Assembly: GCA_965224085.1 (NCBI GenBank)
Contig: CBDCYI010000011.1
Location: forward strand, 1,024,001-1,088,000
Length of the DNA stretch: 64,000 nucleotides
DNA from: Candidatus Marinacidobacterales bacterium
GTDB taxonomy: Bacteria; Acidobacteriota; Vicinamibacteria; Marinacidobacterales; SMYC01
Reading direction: 5' to 3'
Below the pieces are notes generated by a model. The model ran no database searches and was not told where the DNA came from. It saw nothing but the letters and a program-made list of their open reading frames with translations. The position numbers and the translations under genes were made by a program. How positions within the stretch are numbered: position 1 is the stretch's first letter; every line of letters begins with the position of its first letter. Positions 58,246 through 64,000 of the stretch are shown piece by piece.

Positions 58246-61200
58246 TTACCCTGAGGGGTCGTCGAGGCCTCTAACGAGCGGCGATCGTTCGAAAATCTTG
58301 CGCCGTTGCGCATCCTCGATGTCTGCTGCGATCGAATCGGTCATTTTCTTCGCGCTTTTGTAGAGTTCGTGCGCCTCGCGCTCCTTCGCATTCGCGGCGT
58401 ACCACTCGGCGAGAGTGCACGCGACAGGGTACAGGATTGTCGGACTCGCCGTTTTCTCGGCGATTTCGTAGGCGCGCTCGAAATCTACGCCCGCCGCTGC
58501 AGCGTCTCCTTGTTCGGCGGCGATTCGGCCCCGCAGCGTCAGAGCGTGCACGAGATATTTCTGCGACGAGGTCGCCTCGGCTTTCTCCAAGCCCAAAGTA
58601 TTCAAACGGAGAGCTTCTTCGTTCCGCCCAGAGGCATGGTGGACTTCTGCGAGAAGATTGATCGAGCGCACCATCCAGCGCCATCGATGGGAGCCGATAC
58701 CTTCTTTTTCCACCCTCTCGAGCGTCGGCTCGAGATAAGTCCGCGCCCGGTCGAGTTGTTTGAGCATGAGGTAGTCGTGGCCGAGGTCGATGAGGGCGCT
58801 GATCTCGACGTTGAAGACACCGGCCTGTCTCGCGAGCTCGAGCCCTTCCTCGTGAAGCTCGACAGCGCCGTAGAAATCGCCGAGATCCCGGTGAAACCAT
58901 CCCAGGCTATTGGTGAGGCGTCCTTGGATGAAGCGATTCTCCTGCTGCTTCGCTTTCGTGAGCCCGGTCTGCACCGTATCGAAGGCCGCCGCGTAATCTC
59001 CAACTCCCCAGGTGGACAGACAGCCGACGGCGAGGTTGAAGAGCTCTTGAAAGCTGTCGCGAATCTCGCTCGAAACGTCGACGCCCTCGTGTGCGATCTT
59101 CTTCGATTTGGAAAAGTCCGCCTGCCAATAGGCTTGCTGGCCCAGATGAAAAAGATTCTGCACCAAAGCACTCTTGAAACCTTCCTTTCGGCAGATGCGT
59201 GTGGACTCTTCGAGCTTTTGCACAGCCTCAGGAAGCTCGCCGCGTCTCGTGGACGATACCCAGGATCGTCAGGCTTCTCGAAAGAATATTCTGATTGCCG
59301 TCGCTTTCTATGAGCGCGAGAGCCTCATGGGCGTATTGCTCCATGAAAGGGATTTCGTCATCGCCCATCTTCAGAAAATGAGCATAGGCGAGGTGCGACA
59401 GACTTTCGGCTTCCATCTTGACGTCACCGGCCGCTTTGGCGACACGCCGCATTTCTTGAAAGTCCGCGAGCGCATCGTCGAATCGCGTAAGCGACATCGA
59501 GACGAGACCGCGGCCTTCGAAGACCGACAGGAGCCGGGGGTCATCTGGTGCCGGTGCCACTTCGCGGCTAGCGTCAGCGTCAATCGCCTGGGTATAGAAC
59601 CGAATCGCCTCGTGGGTGGCGTAGGCCCAGCGTGCTTTGTCCGCCGAACGTAAAAGATAGTGAAACGCTTTATCCGGCAGTCCCGCCTCTTGAAAATGAT
59701 GCGCGAGTTGCACGGCGGCGTCGTCGGCTTGCTCGCCCATCAGCTCTTCGAGGGTGGTGCCGATCGCCTCGTGCAGATAGGAGCGTTCAACGCGGTCGAG
59801 GCTTTGGAAGAGGTACCTTTGAAACAGGATGTGCCGGAAACGATACACCGATAGTCGCCGTGCTCCCGAACGCCGCACGTCGAGCGCGCGCACGAGGTGG
59901 TAACGCTTGTCGGCTTCCTCGCTCAAGAGTCGGATCATCGCGCGCTCGTCGATGTTCTCGATGCGCGCGATGACTTCCGCGGTGAGGTCACCACCTGACA
60001 CGCTCGCCACTGTCAAGACTCTTTGAAGCTTTTCGGGAAGGCGGCCGATGCGGTCGGCGATGACCGCCTCGGTACGGACGGGCAACTTGTCCCAGTCGAG
60101 CGCCTGCGACGCGACGTAGCGTCCGTCCGCGTCTTGCACGAGCACGTCGCGCTCACGCAAAGTCGCGAAGAAGCTCCACCGTGAATAACGGGTGGCCTTT
60201 CGTCTGTCGGTAGAGCGCCTCGCGAAAGACATCGTCGAGGCGATTGGGCTGCGCATCGATCAAGGCGTCGACGAATTCCCGACCGCGCGCTTCTCCCATG
60301 CGGAGCTCGAACTCCCCATATTTTCTGCGAAGCTCATGGCGAGCCGCTTCGAGCGGATGTCGTTCGTCCCCTTCGTGGGTGAGGTCCTCCGGGCGATAGC
60401 TCCCCGCGATCATCACGGGAAACCCGCCGAGTTGCTGACACAGATGGCACAGCAAAGCGATCGTCCCGGCATCAGCCCAATGCAGATCTTCGAAGACGAG
60501 GAGCAACGGCCGGCGGCGGGAGAGACCTTGGATGAATTTGGCGCACTGCTCGAGCAAGATGCTTTGTTGCACGCCCGTTGCGACTTCTTGTGAGGCTTTT
60601 TGTGCCGCGCGCTCTCGCAGCTGCTCTCGGTCTGCCGCGGGGCAGCCATATTGCTCGGCGCGCTCGAGCAAGCCGCTTGCGTCGACGAAGGTTTCAATGA
60701 GGTCGGGACCGACTTTGAGAAGCGTCGCGAGGGCGTGCGGCAGGAGATGCCAGAGGCAAAGTGCCTCGCCGCGGCCCATAGCTCGCGCTTCACGTCGCGC
60801 TTCCACATCGCCCGTCAAAAGATGCGCGATCTCGCGGAAGGGGAGGTAGGGGTCGCCCGCCCCCGTTTGAGCATTGCAGTGGCCGACCGCGGTAACGAGC
60901 CCGTCGTGATCCTCATGGGCGCGCCGGATGAACTCGTTGAAAAGAGTCGTCTTGCCGCTTCCCGGCTCGCCGGTCACGAAAACGAGTTGTCCCGCGCCGG
61001 TGAGCGCCTTTTGGAGTCTTTCGCGGAGCCAAGAATATTCGGTGTCACGACCGACGAAAAACGGCGCGGAGCGGCTCTCTCCTTCATCGCTCGGGGTATC
61101 GAGAAATTCTGGAGCTCTATCTCCCGTGAACGCAAAGGAGCTCTCCCCGTGCTTGTCGTGAGTGGCTCGCTTCGAGCCGCTTTCAATCGTTCGGCGACTT

Positions 61201-62014
61201 CTCGCGTCGATGGGAAGCGGTCGCTTGGTGATTTCGCGAGCAAGCGCATAACCATCGCGGCGAGCTCGTCTGGCACGCTGCGGTGGCGCGGCAGAGGGTC
61301 GGGCTCCGTTTCCATGATCGCGACGACGGTCTGCACCGCGGAAGGCCTGTCGAAAGGACGCTTCAAAGCGAGCATCTCGTAGAGAATGGTGCCGAACGAG
61401 AACTGGTCGGAGCGTTCGTCGACCGTCTTGTCGGAGAGCTGTTCCGGCGACATATAGGCGACGGTGCCGAAAATAACGCCGGTTTGGGTGAGCTGGCGCT
61501 CCATCGTCGTCTCCTCCGCACCCGGGTCGTGGCCGGTGAAAAACTTCGCGAGGCCGAAATCTAGAATCTTGATGAGTCCATCTGGAGTGAGCATCATGTT
61601 CTCGGGTTTGAGATCCCGGTGCATGATGCCGGCCTCGTGCGCCTTCGCGAGACCGTCGGCGATTTGGCTGGCGAGCTCTAAAAACTCGTCGAGTGGGAGC
61701 GTACGTTCTCTCAGAATCTCACGCAGTGTGGAGCCCTTGACATATTCCATGACGAGAAAGTGGGTCTCGTTCTCGACGCCGATCTCATAGATGGTGATGA
61801 TGTTCGGATGATTCAACGCGGAGGCCGCGCGCGCTTCGCGCCGAAAGCACTCGACGCGTGTGGGGTCTTGAAACAGCTCGTCCTTGAGCACCTTGATCGC
61901 GACCGAGCGGCCAAGCTCGAGATCCTTCGCTCGGTAGACCGCTCCCACGCCTCCCGTACCCAACAGGGACAGGATCTCGAACGACCCGATGCGCGAATGC
62001 GGGGCAAGTTCCAT
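58246..62014 (-). pseudogene. Ser/Thr kinase - STAND-like AAA ATPase - TPR protein, broken into four ORFs
   Basis: LG.GG.G.V, VAIK, HRDLKPEN, DFG, YMSPE; GEPGSGKT, EDLHWAD, GHPLF; YRFRH; C-terminal TPR-like helices. Confidence 0.88.
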
Positions 62015-62083
62015 AGTCGAGTGAAGAACTCGATGGTAAATCGCTTCTTGTTTCGTGTCAACAACGCGCGATGGCGACGAGGC

Positions 62084-63550
62084 TCAAGCTTCGACGAACT
62101 TTCGCACGTGCTCGCCGTCCATGGGCGCCGTCCGCTTCGAGACGACGACGAGAACGAGGATATGCACGCCGATGCCCCAGATCCCGGGATGGAGTTGCTG
62201 CCACTGAAGCGAGGGTACGAGGTTCCACACGATCACGACCGCGCAGCCCGCGAGGAGCCCGGCGATGACGCCCGCCGGCGTCGACCGCTTCCAGTAGAAG
62301 AGGGCGATGAGGGTCGGAAAGATCTGGGCGATGAACCCGTAGGACAAAAGGAGCAAGTAGACGAGTGAATATTCCGATATAGCGGCGAAGAAATAGGCGA
62401 TGGCGCCGATCACGATGACGGAGAAGCGGATGAGGCGTGTCTCCTGGTGGCCGTCGAGCTTTTCAACGCGCGTCACGCCGTAGAAATCTTTGATGATCAC
62501 GGAGGCCGCGGCGTGCACGATGGCGTCTCCCGAGGACATCGATGCTGCGAGGGCACCCGCGCAGAACAGCCCAACCGCGAGCGGAGGGATGTCCATCGAA
62601 GTCACGATGTGCGGGAGGATTGTGTCGACCGGAGTAACGTCCGGAAAGGCGGTGATGCCGGCAAAGCCGATGAACATGATCGGCACGAGAAAGATCTGAA
62701 ACGTCGGGTAGAAGACGATCATGCGCTTCAACGTCGCGATGTTGCGTGCGGTGTAGATCTTCATGAAGTAATGCGGCCAAACGCTGAATCCGAGAACAGA
62801 GATGACGATGGAGCTCGAATAGCCGGCCCAGGTCCACGGATTGCCGGCCGCGTCGAGGCCGGGCGCACGCAACAGCTCAGGTGCGACGCGGGCGAGCTCC
62901 TCGAACATCGGGCCGACGCCGCCGTGAAGCTTGTACGGGAGATAAAGGCCGAGCACCCACGCGAGCCCCATCATCAAGATTCCTTGGAAGGTGTTTGTCC
63001 ACGCGACCCCCATGACGCCGCTGTTGAAAACGTAGATGAGCACCACACCATAGGCGATGGCCGCGCCGCCCCATTCCGGGATGCGCCCTTCGGTCACGAT
63101 CGAGAAGACGTAGCCCGCGCCTTTCATCTGGATCACGAGATAGGGCACGAACGCCACGAGGCTGATGGTTGCGAGGATGCAGGAGATGAACCGGCTCTCG
63201 TAGCGGTGCGCAAAGAGCTCTGCTTGGGTGACGTAACCGAACTTGCGCCCTAGGCGCGCGATGCGGGGGCCGAGGAAATACCAGGGGAGAAGACCCACGG
63301 TCCCGTAGGAGATGATGTAAAACGCTGCGGCGCCGCGCGAATAGGCCCAGCCCGGACCGCCGAGAAACGCGAAAGCGCTGTAGATCGACGCGCCGAGAAT
63401 GAAGTAGAGCACGAGAAAACCGAGATTGCGGTCTCCCGCGACATAGCCTTCGGTGCTCGCAGAGGCTTTCCGGCCGGAGAAGAGCCCGACGGCGAGCGAC
63501 AGGATCAGATACCCGATCGTGACGAGAAAGACGATGAGCCAGCTCTCCAT
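62084..63550 (-). CDS. Sodium:solute symporter family protein
   Basis: Y..GDR, SAFAFLGGPG, G...VAWT..FQG, GALAASMSS; many TM helices. Confidence 0.92.
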   Translation of the reverse strand: MESWLIVFLVTIGYLILSLAVGLFSGRKASASTEGYVAGDRNLGFLVLYFILGASIYSAFAFLGGPGWAYSRGAAAFYIISYGTVGLLPWYFLGPRIARLGRKFGYVTQAELFAHRYESRFISCILATISLVAFVPYLVIQMKGAGYVFSIVTEGRIPEWGGAAIAYGVVLIYVFNSGVMGVAWTNTFQGILMMGLAWVLGLYLPYKLHGGVGPMFEELARVAPELLRAPGLDAAGNPWTWAGYSSSIVISVLGFSVWPHYFMKIYTARNIATLKRMIVFYPTFQIFLVPIMFIGFAGITAFPDVTPVDTILPHIVTSMDIPPLAVGLFCAGALAASMSSGDAIVHAAASVIIKDFYGVTRVEKLDGHQETRLIRFSVIVIGAIAYFFAAISEYSLVYLLLLSYGFIAQIFPTLIALFYWKRSTPAGVIAGLLAGCAVVIVWNLVPSLQWQQLHPGIWGIGVHILVLVVVSKRTAPMDGEHVRKFVEA

Positions 63551-63780
63551 CAGTCGAGCCGGTCGTTCTTCCCTTCCCATAGGAAGAGCGTGAGCATCAC
63601 GAGGAACACTGTGACGATGATCGTCACGATATAGAACAAGGACAGCGGCATGCCCAGAATCATCGGACGGATGCCGCCGAACAAGGGATAAATCGGCCAG
63701 ATCAGCGCGAGGAGTGCAAAGACGCTGAAGCCCATCGCATAGCGCCCCGGACGCGAGACCTCTGGCCTTTCAGAGCTCAT
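63550..63780 (-). CDS. Small two-TM SSS partner protein (DUF3311/DUF485-like)
   Basis: P.ILGMPL..F; stop overlaps symporter start. Confidence 0.75.
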   Translation of the reverse strand: MSSERPEVSRPGRYAMGFSVFALLALIWPIYPLFGGIRPMILGMPLSLFYIVTIIVTVFLVMLTLFLWEGKNDRLD

Positions 63781-64000
63781 GGCGGCGTCCATCCTACTCC
63801 AAAGCGATCGACTTTGCCGTCAATATCCGGCGGCCTGTGCTACGATTGGCATTCCCGCGTTTCGTTTTGTAGCGACTCGATCGCGAATCGTGCCGTTCTC
63901 ACGTCAGTTTACAAAGACCGCCGCAGGACTCTCGGTCTGTGTCCTTCTCCTAGCCAAACTGGCTTTGGCTGCCCATCTCGATCTTATCGGGGACGAAGCG

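Noticed and set aside
1-64000. Very frequent CTCGAG/GAGCTC/TCGA words as a dispersed repeat system
   Set aside because: Mostly explained by CTC/GAG/GTC/GAC codon preference; not testable without a codon-aware count

Overview
High-GC bacterial chromosomal window. Gene content and style suggest Acidobacteriota (Vicinamibacteria-like); this is an inference, as there is no marker gene. No rRNA, tRNA or CRISPR array was seen. From 1 to 15.5 kb there is a largely intact housekeeping/envelope block: TPR proteins, an NtrC/PilR-type regulator with a prepilin gene, argF-like, ubiE/menG, aroB, pcm, tatA/B-tatC, and a ctpA-HEAT-TPR-TPR operon. At 15.8-21.6 kb a MinD/FlhG-like ATPase gene is cut into three in-register pieces by two near-identical 2003-bp IS1634-family elements in opposite orientation. 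Copy 1 has a CTAG/CTAG duplication, while copy 2 has asymmetric CTAT/CTAG flanks, the pattern expected if the element carries its donor tetranucleotide (piggyBac-like). The rest is an accessory catabolic region: xylB/xylA, an arylsulfatase, a PQQ dehydrogenase, amidohydrolases, RidA proteins, a divergent GlpX-like protein, a tandem array of secreted atypical kinases, an IS200 element, an ISAzo13 element and a solitary attC-like site. Many frameshifted, nonsense-containing or deletion-truncated genes point to ongoing genome decay, although some single-base indels could be assembly errors.
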